Virus record (IMG/VR): IMGVR_UViG_3300013121_000010
Span: 13,903-77,902 of that record
Source: a virus
Taxonomy: Duplodnaviria; Heunggongvirae; Uroviricota; Caudoviricetes
Reading direction: 5' to 3' (one strand)
Length of the DNA: 64,000 nucleotides
Part shown: one piece after another, positions 48,699 to 58,025 of the stretch
How positions within the stretch are numbered: the first letter of the stretch is position 1
Layout of the letters: every line of letters starts with the position of its first letter
The notes under the pieces: generated by a model
What the model saw: the letters and a program-made list of their open reading frames with translations, nothing else
Databases searched by the model: none
What the model was told of the DNA's origin: nothing
Made by a program: the position numbers and the translations under genes

Positions 48699-49071
48699 CT
48701 TGTGTATCTACTTCCTTAGGTTTATCATCTACTACAACTTTATTTGGTTGTTCTTCATCTTTTACACGCGGTTTATTAGCACCAATAAAATGGAATCTAT
48801 TTACATAAAAAACAACCTTACTACGTTTTTCGCCGTCTTTTTCCCACTTTTCTAATCTTGCAGAACATTCTAAAGCTATAAGCTCACCCTTCTGAAAATG
48901 TTTAGCTAAATTTTCTGCTTGTTGCCCCCAAGCTACACAATCAAAAAAGTCTACAAACTCACCATTCCCAACAGCTAAACCAAAAGAAGCCACTGTTTTA
49001 CCACTAGCTGTATGTCTTAGTTCTACGTCTCTAGTTAAACGACCTAAAAAATTACAATTGTTCATAGTCAT
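48682..49071 (-). CDS. ssb: Single-stranded DNA-binding protein
   Basis: NNCNFLGRLTRDVELR, FFDCVAWG, acidic C-terminal DEIPF. Confidence 0.95.
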   Translation of the reverse strand: MTMNNCNFLGRLTRDVELRHTASGKTVASFGLAVGNGEFVDFFDCVAWGQQAENLAKHFQKGELIALECSARLEKWEKDGEKRSKVVFYVNRFHFIGANKPRVKDEEQPNKVVVDDKPKEVDTQDEIPF

Positions 49072-49073
49072 AT

Positions 49074-49535
49074 TTATGCTCCGACTAAGTAATCCTGTAT
49101 CAACAAATATCCTCTCTCAAAACCATATTTGAAAGCTTCGTTCATATTTGTAAAATGAAAAGGTAATATGTCGTTATAGGATTTTTCTATTATTTTGTGG
49201 AAATTATTGTTTACTTTGAGTTTCGACAGAAACTCTTCTTTACTTATTTTAGCAGAATCACAGAAAAAGTCAATGTATTCTTCTGGAAAATGACATGATT
49301 TACATGATTTAATACATACAAAATAAATAAATGTTGCTATTGCATAGTCATTCAGTAATAATTCATATTCTTCACTAATTATATTGTTTATTTTCACTTT
49401 ATAAGAATCAAAATCTATTTGAAAAACACTAATTATATCATTACAATATTTTAACAAAACAATATCATTATCAACTATACTTATAGTCATGTGAATATTA
49501 TTAAGGTCTAAATAATCTTTTATCTTTTTATCCAT
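49074..49535 (-). CDS. Hypothetical protein (153 aa)
   Basis: ORF in the operon. Confidence 0.5.
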   Translation of the reverse strand: MDKKIKDYLDLNNIHMTISIVDNDIVLLKYCNDIISVFQIDFDSYKVKINNIISEEYELLLNDYAIATFIYFVCIKSCKSCHFPEEYIDFFCDSAKISKEEFLSKLKVNNNFHKIIEKSYNDILPFHFTNMNEAFKYGFERGYLLIQDYLVGA

Positions 49536-49538
49536 TAA

Positions 49539-52451
49539 TTAAATTTCCTTTACTTTGTTTATACTAAAACTACCTTCTTTTGTCTTTTCGCCACTGATTA
49601 ATAATGTAGCTCCTTCTTGTAAATAATGACCAATTTGAGCATACTGCTTTGGAAAACAAACAGCATCTATCATTAAAGAGCTATCTCTTATCTTTAATTT
49701 AGACATTTTTTGTCCTGGCGTCTTACCACTTTTAGTAGTAGTTACTTTAGATGATACTACTTCAACTGCTAATATAATCAAGTCTTTGCCAAATTTACTT
49801 GTATTTTTGTAATTTACAAATTCCAAGCATGTCATATTTGCCGCAACAGCATCCAAGCAAGCATCTACCTTATTTGTTGTTAAAGGCGTTCCAAGATAGT
49901 TTTGTTCTTGTAAAGCAATCCATTCTAATGAATCTTCTAATCCGTGAGTAGGATTATCAAGTAATGTAATTAATGAATTAACTATGTTAGAACGATTTTT
50001 ATTAGATGTTCCACCACCTTCCTTTTTTGTTGGAGCTAATATAGTAAGATAATCCTTGAGATTATTAAATCTTTTTGGTTGTGATGTAATCCAATCTATT
50101 TCACTACCAGTAGAACTAAGTTTCTGCAATATTTGATATTGATACATCTTACCATTTCTAGTAGGAACATCTTTCATATAATCCAAAACACCAACATTGA
50201 TAAAAACTTCTGTAACTGTTTTACCAAGTTCTTTAGAAGCAAATATTAAAAAGTCAACAAATGACCAATCCTTCCTTGCTTTACCACATTTCTCTTCACA
50301 AATCTTAAATTTAGATTCCATTTCTCTGGTAAACGCGACACCTATTCCTTTTAGTTCAGATGCTCCAAATTGAATGAAATCATCATCTATAATTGTTGTA
50401 GATTCTGTAATGTTATATAATTGTGGAACCTTAACATCAATATTGTGTAATTTACAATCATTTATAAGTTCTGTAACTTCATCGTCAGTGTCAGCCTTCC
50501 ACTTAGCATTTTTAATCCAACTATAATAAAAAGCAAGAGGAAAGTGAGCTTTTAATACAGCAGCCCAATAACCATCTGTTGCATAAGTCACCGCATGACT
50601 TTTGTTGAATGAATACTTCTGACTCTCCCTAATCCAGCTAAAAATCTCCTGAGCGTCTTTTAATGTCACCTTACCAAGAGCCTCAGCTTTAGATGTGAAT
50701 TCCTTTTCTACTTGAGCCATAAGGTCAGCTTTCTTTTTTCCAATTGAATTATGTATGACTATTCCATTAGCTATAATATATGGCGTGTCTCCACCAGCAA
50801 CCGTAAAATCATATGTTTCTACCTGTCTTATTTTTTTACCATTTTTTATTTTACAATATTGCTGTTTTCCGTTTGATAATTCAATTATATTAATGTCAAG
50901 TGTTTTATTACATAATCTTTTAAATCTTTCTCTTGAAACTGATTTTTTGTAAATAGAACCACTCTCTCCATTACTAACGTAAGGATAGGCGTCTATAATA
51001 CTTTTTACTATATTAGATGGTATTAAGTCTGATGAAAAACCATCTGTAGACTTTTCACTTATTATTTGCTTTAAAGATTCTGTCTTTTCTTTATTCCATA
51101 AACAACTCAATTCGTTTAGTAATTTTTTTTGTTCAGCAACATCATTTATGTATAATCTATAATAAAACTCTAAGTGTTTTTTATCATATTTTTTAAGTTT
51201 TAAACTCCTAATACCGAATCTTAATAGCAATAATTGTACTTTATCTACAATTTTTTCTGACTTAGAGCTAAATTCATATTGACCAGCTTTTGATATTCCG
51301 CCCTCACAAGCTAATATAAAAGATAAAAACTTTCTAGTTGTTTCTTTAGTAAGCCCCATCATAATTTCTGGAATATCTTTATCCCCAGATTTGCCATATT
51401 TTATATATTTAAATAATAAATCCTTTTCTTCTTTATGAATACTAAAAACTGTTTCTGTGGTATTTGTTTTTTCCCTGTTAAAAACATTCCTGAAACTATT
51501 TTTAAATATGTTCATTATTTCTGTGTTATAATTTACAAATGTTGCAGTTTGCTTTTCAATAAAATATCCTTCAGATATAATACCGGCGATTATAATAGCT
51601 AAGTCATCATTTATTAAATCTTTCCCATCATATTCAATCTCTCTAGCACAGATTAAATAATCTTCTTTAGTTAATCTAGTTCTAGCTTTCCAGCCATTAT
51701 TAGTTAAAAACTGATGATATCTAGTAGCTTTAACAGACATACCAGAAGAAGAAACAACATTTAAAACATCATGTTTTCCTGTACTCCAAATTTTATCTAT
51801 TTTTTTCCACTGTTGTTTACCACTTTCATCCATAACCAAAAACAATTCGTTTTTGTATCCAGTTTTAAGCAATGTTTCTATAGATACATACCCCCTTTTC
51901 TTAGATATAAACATAGTATCACCTGTTACGCATTTACGTAAAACATCCGCTTCCTGCTTATTAAAGCCGGCCACGGTTTCAGCTATTTTCATAGACTGTT
52001 CTTGAAAAATTAAAATACCTTGAGTTTTTTCAAGACATTCAGTAACAGCATCGTGTAAGTGAGTTACAGGTTCTAAACCATTTTTTCTATCAGCATATCT
52101 TTGAGTCATGCTTTTTGGTGGTTCACCAGAATAACTTTTAAGACACCCTGGGCGAATCAATGATATTAAATCGGCGAAATCATCAATAGACTTCGGTTTA
52201 GTTCTTAAAGCCCATGTTTTTCCTAAGTCCTTTTCTAATTGAAAAATACCTTTGGTATCACCTTTACATATTAAGTCCCATACTGCTGGACAATCTAGTT
52301 TAAAATTTTGAATACTTTGTTTGTCATTTGGATTGATTGTTAAAACTACTTTTGGGTATTTGCCATGTAGTTTCTCTGCGTATAAATCCTCAGTTATAGA
52401 TTTATCTCTAATTTCAAATTTACAACCACAATTAAATATTAAGTTAGCCAT
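49539..52451 (-). CDS. dnaE: DNA polymerase III alpha subunit, C-terminal half (fingers, HhH, OB), intein-containing
   Basis: GIFQLE, IRPG, GILIFQEQSM, YSFNKSHA..YA, IKGIG, C-terminal OB-fold-like segment; lacks PHP and palm. Confidence 0.92.
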   Translation of the reverse strand: MANLIFNCGCKFEIRDKSITEDLYAEKLHGKYPKVVLTINPNDKQSIQNFKLDCPAVWDLICKGDTKGIFQLEKDLGKTWALRTKPKSIDDFADLISLIRPGCLKSYSGEPPKSMTQRYADRKNGLEPVTHLHDAVTECLEKTQGILIFQEQSMKIAETVAGFNKQEADVLRKCVTGDTMFISKKRGYVSIETLLKTGYKNELFLVMDESGKQQWKKIDKIWSTGKHDVLNVVSSSGMSVKATRYHQFLTNNGWKARTRLTKEDYLICAREIEYDGKDLINDDLAIIIAGIISEGYFIEKQTATFVNYNTEIMNIFKNSFRNVFNREKTNTTETVFSIHKEEKDLLFKYIKYGKSGDKDIPEIMMGLTKETTRKFLSFILACEGGISKAGQYEFSSKSEKIVDKVQLLLLRFGIRSLKLKKYDKKHLEFYYRLYINDVAEQKKLLNELSCLWNKEKTESLKQIISEKSTDGFSSDLIPSNIVKSIIDAYPYVSNGESGSIYKKSVSRERFKRLCNKTLDINIIELSNGKQQYCKIKNGKKIRQVETYDFTVAGGDTPYIIANGIVIHNSIGKKKADLMAQVEKEFTSKAEALGKVTLKDAQEIFSWIRESQKYSFNKSHAVTYATDGYWAAVLKAHFPLAFYYSWIKNAKWKADTDDEVTELINDCKLHNIDVKVPQLYNITESTTIIDDDFIQFGASELKGIGVAFTREMESKFKICEEKCGKARKDWSFVDFLIFASKELGKTVTEVFINVGVLDYMKDVPTRNGKMYQYQILQKLSSTGSEIDWITSQPKRFNNLKDYLTILAPTKKEGGGTSNKNRSNIVNSLITLLDNPTHGLEDSLEWIALQEQNYLGTPLTTNKVDACLDAVAANMTCLEFVNYKNTSKFGKDLIILAVEVVSSKVTTTKSGKTPGQKMSKLKIRDSSLMIDAVCFPKQYAQIGHYLQEGATLLISGEKTKEGSFSINKVKEI
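50748..51932 (-). mobile_element. Intein with LAGLIDADG homing endonuclease (395 aa)
   Basis: Starts CVTGDT after DVLRK and ends ANGIVIHN before SIGKKK. Block B ATRYHQFLT; endonuclease blocks AGIISEG, FLSFILACEG and VQLLLLRFGI. Removing it restores LRK-SIGKKK. Confidence 0.93.
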
Positions 52452-53115
52452 TAGACATACAACCTTTCATTTCTAGTCTACGAGTGCCATCTTCTCTTAA
52501 TCCAGTCAAATATCTTTGCATTTTAAATAGTCTAATCATTAGGTTTGCTGTATTTTCAACATCAACTATAGCATTGTGAGCATTTTCAACAGCCAATGGA
52601 TTGCCCATATACTTATAAACTTCTTCAAGTTTCAACTTTTCTAATTCTGGCACAGACTCAAACCAAAACCAAAGATGGTCTAAAACGTCAAATTTATAAA
52701 CCTGAGAAAACATTTTTTGTGAGACTCTCTTTTCATCCCATTCAGTCTTATATTTTTGACAATATCTATTTACTATTACCATATCATAATTAATAATGTT
52801 ATATCCACAAGGTATTGGAGCAGTATATACGCTCTTTTTATAGTTATACTTATTTACAAAAGATACAAATTGTGGCCAAATAATAGATGTTTCTGGAAAT
52901 CCAGCTATTTGTTCTCTAGTCATTCTTGTCGCTGCCAACGCACCATCTTCTATTAGAGCTAAATCCATTTCTGGTTTAAGATAAGAATGAAATTTATCTA
53001 CTATTGTTAGTTTTTTATTATCTATTGCTACGGCAGCTATTTGAGTTATTTCAGCAGTATTTGGTGAAGCTGATGTTGTTTCTAAGTCAAACACTATCAA
53101 TGTATTACGATTCAT
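52444..53115 (-). CDS. DEDDh 3'-5' exonuclease (DnaQ/epsilon-like)
   Basis: VFDLET (ExoI), GYNIINYD (ExoII), AHNAIVD (ExoIII). Confidence 0.9.
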   Translation of the reverse strand: MNRNTLIVFDLETTSASPNTAEITQIAAVAIDNKKLTIVDKFHSYLKPEMDLALIEDGALAATRMTREQIAGFPETSIIWPQFVSFVNKYNYKKSVYTAPIPCGYNIINYDMVIVNRYCQKYKTEWDEKRVSQKMFSQVYKFDVLDHLWFWFESVPELEKLKLEEVYKYMGNPLAVENAHNAIVDVENTANLMIRLFKMQRYLTGLREDGTRRLEMKGCMSNG

Positions 53116-53479
53116 TATTTTTTTTAAACCTCAGTTCAGCAATTGGTTTTTTTGATAAGATTTGTATAAAATATGGTATTTCATCAGAATTATTTACATT
53201 GTGAATTTTACTGTGTATAAAACCTTTTGATTTTAAGTCGTTTTCGATTTCTAATCTTTTAATGTTATCAACTAATATTTCCATAAGATAACCTTGTCGT
53301 ATTATAACATCAACATTTTCATAATCTATTAATGTTCCATCATAAAACTCATCAGAATTTTCCAATTCAAATATTTCACCAATAATTTTTTCTAATACCC
53401 AAGTTTTATTTTTATTTATAAAAGACCATAATTTTCCATTTTTATCTGTTCTAACAAAATGATATTTAGTAATTAACAT
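53105..53479 (-). CDS. Hypothetical protein (124 aa)
   Basis: ORF between the dnaE N-half and the exonuclease, overlapping both. Confidence 0.5.
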   Translation of the reverse strand: MLITKYHFVRTDKNGKLWSFINKNKTWVLEKIIGEIFELENSDEFYDGTLIDYENVDVIIRQGYLMEILVDNIKRLEIENDLKSKGFIHSKIHNVNNSDEIPYFIQILSKKPIAELRFKKNNES

Positions 53480-55343
53480 ATTCTAATGCTCCTTTAATTT
53501 TATCTAGTAATGAAACACCTAAGAAATCAAATTTAACAAAACCAAGTTTTTCTAAAGAAGTCATTTCCATAGCAGCAATCATTTCTTTAGAACTTGAATC
53601 ATAAATCATTGGACATAAATCAGATATTGTATTCTGTGAAATAACAATACCAGAAGCGTGTTTACTAATTCCTCGTTTTGTACCTTCCATTCTAATAGAC
53701 TGTTCAAATATTTTAGAAAGAGGCCCTTGTATTTTACCATTATCATCATAATATGCCCAATCCTCAAAATGTTTAGGATTATTATCTAATGACCATTCTA
53801 TAATACCAACATCTTCACCAGCCTCTCTTAGCTCTTGTAAATGGTCGGCAATTTCTGCTTCATTAGGTATATTCTTTGTGATTTTATTAATTGTTTCGTT
53901 ATCTAGTGCTGCATGTGCCCTAACAACATCTTTTAAAGCACCGCGTCCTTGCATTCGCTGAAAAGTTATCATTTGAGATACTTTATCATGTCCATATTTA
54001 TTTCTCACATATTCTATAACTCTACTTCTGCCAAACCTTTCAAAATCCATATCAACGTCTGGTAAAGAAATGTTACCAGGAGTATTTCTACCACTATTAT
54101 AGAATCTTTCAAACATTAATCCATATTTAATTGGGTCGGCGTGAGTAACACCTAATAAGTATAGAATTAAAGAACCTGCTGCTGAACCTCTACCAGCACC
54201 AGTTAATTGACCGTCTGATATAGCGTATTTAATTATATCATCTACAATTAAGAAATAATCTGAAAGTCCAGCTTCATTTAAAACTTCTGACTCCATTTCA
54301 TATCTGTCTAAATAAACCTTATCTTTAGGCAGATTTAATCTATCCCACCCATTTTTACATAAAATATCCATATACTCTTTAGAAGAATAATTATTAGGAC
54401 ATGAAAATTTTGGAAGAATAGGTTTTGAGTTCAAACTATACACATTACATTTTGAATTTATTTCATTTGTATTTTCTAATTCTTCTTGAGTATGACCAAA
54501 TATTATCATTTCTTCATAACTAGGAATATGATAATTACTACTACTGAAAAACCTTCCAAAATGAGATTGTTCACCGCGAACCGGCTTTTTATATATGTTT
54601 TTTAAGTCTGTTTTTAATGTATTTACTATTAATACCTTTTGGTCATCAGAGTCACTTTGTTCACAGTAATAACTATCGGTAATAGCAACAGATTTAGTGC
54701 CTGTTTTCCTTGCTATATATCTAGCTCCATCAGCCATTAGCTTGGCAGAAGATACACAGCAATAATCAACTAGTTGAACACCAACATATAAATTTTCTTC
54801 GCCAAAAAGTTGTTTAAGTTTGGCAATATGATTAAAACTACATGTTGTCCAGTCTGGATTAACCAAACTTTTAGAAGATTCAAAAGATGTAGATAGCCAA
54901 CTATCAAAAATGTTATTACCTAATATGCATTTACTTAATGTAGAGCCTAACCAACCAGTGACACATATCAAGTCTTTTGTAATTAAATCTTCTAATCTAA
55001 TGTGCGGAGTTTCATTCCAGTAATTTATATGTGCATTGCTAATATTTTTTACTAAAGATTTCCAACCATCTATTGATTTAGAAAGTAAAAGCAGAGAAAA
55101 GTTAGGCGTTAATACTGTTCTGTCATAATTATCAACTATATTTAACTCGCATCCAATTATAGGCTTGACCTTTTTATCTAAGGTGTTTAAGTAGTCTATT
55201 GTACCAGATACAGAGTTTATATCTGTAATACCAATAGCGTCAATACCAAGATTTGTTAATCTTTTTAGTATTTGTTTTGGTTTTGATAGACCAACACCAC
55301 ATGAATAGTGTGAGTGTGTTCTTATTGGAGTGTAATTTTGCAT
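53466..55343 (-). CDS. dnaE: DNA polymerase III alpha subunit, N-terminal half (PHP and palm)
   Basis: HSHYS, GITD, PIIGCE, GAGRGSAAGSL..YLLGVT..DP, MFERF, SLPDVDMDF, SKHASG, KFDFLG; stops 14 residues after KFDFLG. Confidence 0.95.
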   Translation of the reverse strand: MQNYTPIRTHSHYSCGVGLSKPKQILKRLTNLGIDAIGITDINSVSGTIDYLNTLDKKVKPIIGCELNIVDNYDRTVLTPNFSLLLLSKSIDGWKSLVKNISNAHINYWNETPHIRLEDLITKDLICVTGWLGSTLSKCILGNNIFDSWLSTSFESSKSLVNPDWTTCSFNHIAKLKQLFGEENLYVGVQLVDYCCVSSAKLMADGARYIARKTGTKSVAITDSYYCEQSDSDDQKVLIVNTLKTDLKNIYKKPVRGEQSHFGRFFSSSNYHIPSYEEMIIFGHTQEELENTNEINSKCNVYSLNSKPILPKFSCPNNYSSKEYMDILCKNGWDRLNLPKDKVYLDRYEMESEVLNEAGLSDYFLIVDDIIKYAISDGQLTGAGRGSAAGSLILYLLGVTHADPIKYGLMFERFYNSGRNTPGNISLPDVDMDFERFGRSRVIEYVRNKYGHDKVSQMITFQRMQGRGALKDVVRAHAALDNETINKITKNIPNEAEIADHLQELREAGEDVGIIEWSLDNNPKHFEDWAYYDDNGKIQGPLSKIFEQSIRMEGTKRGISKHASGIVISQNTISDLCPMIYDSSSKEMIAAMEMTSLEKLGFVKFDFLGVSLLDKIKGALEYVNY

Positions 55344-55726
55344 GTTTTTATTAAGTCTACTTCTTCTTCACTTAATTTTAATATATTCATATTACCATCA
55401 GGTGTTTTGACCTTATTTATTTCTTTAGATAATAGAATTTTCGCTAATAATTCATTATAATATTCTTTTCTAGATTTGTCAACATCTACATCATTAAATT
55501 GTATAAATGAATTAGCTATTAATTCAACACACGCTCCTATTTGTACTAACTCCATTAATAATGAATCTGGGTTTCTTAAATCTTGTTTTTGCTTTACTAT
55601 TTCCCAAAATTCTTCTACCTCTTCAAGTAATATAGCATACGCCTCATGCAATGAACTAAATTCTTTTCCATATATTTCTGAAATTCTATTTTTTTCTTCA
55701 TCTACTAACTTACTGAATTCTGACAT
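55322..55726 (-). CDS. MazG-like nucleotide pyrophosphohydrolase
   Basis: SLHEAYAILLEEVEEFWE...MELVQIGA acidic helix pattern. Confidence 0.65.
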   Translation of the reverse strand: MSEFSKLVDEEKNRISEIYGKEFSSLHEAYAILLEEVEEFWEIVKQKQDLRNPDSLLMELVQIGACVELIANSFIQFNDVDVDKSRKEYYNELLAKILLSKEINKVKTPDGNMNILKLSEEEVDLIKTCKITLQ

Positions 55727-56205
55727 AAATATTTAAGACCTTCTTTAAACTTCTTCAAATTTTCTATTTTAATTGATGTTAATAAAAATTGCTCATCATC
55801 CGATAATAAATCTAATGATGATACAACATAGTATGTTTCAATAGTTTTAATTGCGAAAAAATCAACATCATCTTTATGATATTTTCTAGTATTCTTACCC
55901 TTATTTCTTAAATCAATTTTTTTAGAATTAGCTGAAAATTTGCATTGTACTCTAAAACCATTTACGATAACATCATGCTTTTCACCTAACGCTGATTTAC
56001 TAATATGAAAACCTTTTTGTTTACAAATATCAATAAATTCATCTTCCCATATCCATCCATTTATTCCTGTTATAAATCTTGTATAAGAATCTTTCCTATT
56101 TATAAATAGTAACATTTGTTTTTCAAGATTATTGTCTATAAACCATTTAGATATTATCTCACTAGGTTCCTGGTGCTTTATATTTTCCAACATTATGACC
56201 TTCAT
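55705..56205 (-). CDS. Putative PD-(D/E)xK-fold endonuclease
   Basis: GWIWEDEF...HDVIV...RVQCKFS...YHKDDVDFF. The start is uncertain because of a 44-bp overlap. Confidence 0.5.
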   Translation of the reverse strand: MKVIMLENIKHQEPSEIISKWFIDNNLEKQMLLFINRKDSYTRFITGINGWIWEDEFIDICKQKGFHISKSALGEKHDVIVNGFRVQCKFSANSKKIDLRNKGKNTRKYHKDDVDFFAIKTIETYYVVSSLDLLSDDEQFLLTSIKIENLKKFKEGLKYLCQNSVS

Positions 56206-57226
56206 TTGTATGATTATTTACTACAAAATCAATTCCATATAATTTTGTTTGTTCTGAAATATATGAGCAAATAGTGTGTGGTTCGCCGTATTTATTGTTA
56301 GTTCCGCTAGGATGCTTAGTTTTACCAAAGTGACATAAACGACTACAACGCCAAGTCTTATTTAAAATTGGTCTGGTTGTCTTTTTGATTTCCTCAAATC
56401 TTTTTCTTATTATTTCTTTTGTTTTAATTATATCATTTTTAGTGAATGGTAAACTAAAAGCACCGCGTGGAACTGGTTTTAATTTTGTACCAGCATCCCT
56501 AATATAGAAAATAGTAGGTATTATTTGTTCTGCATTTGGGAAAAGTGTATGCAAAGCATAATGATATATTCTCAACTGAGGGTCATTCATCAATTTGTCA
56601 TAAGTTTTTATATTATGAGGCCATTCTTTATCACTACCCCAATCTATTCTTTGCCCCGACTTCCAGTCTATACTTTCTATTATACCTTCACCAGCATCTA
56701 CTACTAAATCTATAGTACCTTTTAATCTTAATTTACCTTCTATAATTTCACCATTTTCAGATTTAAACTTATAATTCGCCCAATCTTCTGGTATTTCAAA
56801 GTCAAAAGATAATTCTGGGGATATAATGTTTTGTTTTCTAGGGTCAAAACATCCATTGCATGTATTTAACGCAATATTTACCCAGCTATAACATTCATTT
56901 TTATGTTTATTAGTCCAAACATTTTGAGATTTACCACTATAGTATGAGTATGATTTTTCAAATAAGAAATCTACAAAACCTTTAGTGTAAATAATTTCTG
57001 GTTTGATATGTAAATCACCAATAATTTCATCTTTTATTAACTCATGTTTATCTTGTATAGCTTTTTTAGCTACAGCCAACCACTCCATTACTTTGTGAAC
57101 AATAGTTCCTTGTTCAGCCTTTTGATTATCTGGTTGAGGTGTTCCTAAAACATAAGTTAAGAAATAACTTTGTTGACACATCGCCCACTGATTAAATGAA
57201 GAACTTCTAAAGTACGTTATTATCAT
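56162..57226 (-). CDS. Cas4-like / PDDEXK_1 exonuclease
   Basis: SSFNQWAMCQQSY, GTIVH, PELSF, LKGTIDLV, IDWKSG, QLRIY, CSRLC; N- and C-terminal Cys. Confidence 0.85.
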   Translation of the reverse strand: MIITYFRSSSFNQWAMCQQSYFLTYVLGTPQPDNQKAEQGTIVHKVMEWLAVAKKAIQDKHELIKDEIIGDLHIKPEIIYTKGFVDFLFEKSYSYYSGKSQNVWTNKHKNECYSWVNIALNTCNGCFDPRKQNIISPELSFDFEIPEDWANYKFKSENGEIIEGKLRLKGTIDLVVDAGEGIIESIDWKSGQRIDWGSDKEWPHNIKTYDKLMNDPQLRIYHYALHTLFPNAEQIIPTIFYIRDAGTKLKPVPRGAFSLPFTKNDIIKTKEIIRKRFEEIKKTTRPILNKTWRCSRLCHFGKTKHPSGTNNKYGEPHTICSYISEQTKLYGIDFVVNNHTNEGHNVGKYKAPGT

Positions 57227-58025
57227 AAAAATTTATGCTGTTTAATAGGTTAAATAAAGATTCGTTTTGTTGAGCAACTGTCATATTATTATTATCTATA
57301 ACATAGTCAAATTTACTGTTATCATCTGACAAAGACACTTCACTAGCATGATTATCATCTTTAATTTTTCTAGTTAATCTAATTACTTTACCGCCAAATT
57401 TATGAACTTCATCAATTTCATTTTCAAATCTTAAATCTGTTATTATTGATAATTGACTACCATCATTCATTATTCTCTTTAATGTGGCTTCGGCATGACA
57501 ATTAAAATATATACATCTAAAAACTTCAGTACCAACATATTGTAATAATTCCCTACCACTCACAGGATTATTAATAGTCCAGTCATCGCTTAATTTAAAT
57601 CCTAATTCTTCAAGCTTCTTACGAACTTTATTTGTTGCTAAATAGCTTAGTCCAGGCATATTTTTCCATAGAATATGATTTATTGGGCTACATTTTTGTT
57701 CATCAGTACCCCATAATTTTTCATCTTCTACATTAAACATTATTGAGCATATTTCTTTTAATATATCAGCGAAGCTGTAAAGTTTAACAACAGGCCAGAT
57801 TTTATCTGATAAAAAAGCAAGATTTTGAGGTTTTCTAGATTGTAAATCAAAAACCCCTTCATGTATTCCATCTGGAAATTCAAATAATGTAATTAATCTT
57901 CCTTGTTCGTCTATTCTAGCATTATCTACAAAACTATTAGAAACTAATTCAATTCCAGCCATAAAATTAGCTGCTGTATTTTTACCAGCTTGTTTTCGAC
58001 CAGAAAAAGCAATAATCTTACCCAT
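57207..58025 (-). CDS. Deoxynucleoside monophosphate kinase
   Basis: FSGRKQAGKNT, SFADILK, RELLQYVGTE, ITDLRFENE, HASE. Confidence 0.88.
   Translation of the reverse strand: MGKIIAFSGRKQAGKNTAANFMAGIELVSNSFVDNARIDEQGRLITLFEFPDGIHEGVFDLQSRKPQNLAFLSDKIWPVVKLYSFADILKEICSIMFNVEDEKLWGTDEQKCSPINHILWKNMPGLSYLATNKVRKKLEELGFKLSDDWTINNPVSGRELLQYVGTEVFRCIYFNCHAEATLKRIMNDGSQLSIITDLRFENEIDEVHKFGGKVIRLTRKIKDDNHASEVSLSDDNSKFDYVIDNNNMTVAQQNESLFNLLNSINFYDNNVL

Noticed and set aside
52400-53520. Split (trans-splicing) intein joining the dnaE halves
   Set aside because: The N-half ends in ...GALEYVNY with no intein N-terminal block, and the C-half starts with no HN/C-type intein C-terminal block.
56162-57226. 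CRISPR adaptation module, suggested by the Cas4-like gene
   Set aside because: No cas1/cas2 or array; solo Cas4-like exonucleases are common in phage replication blocks.
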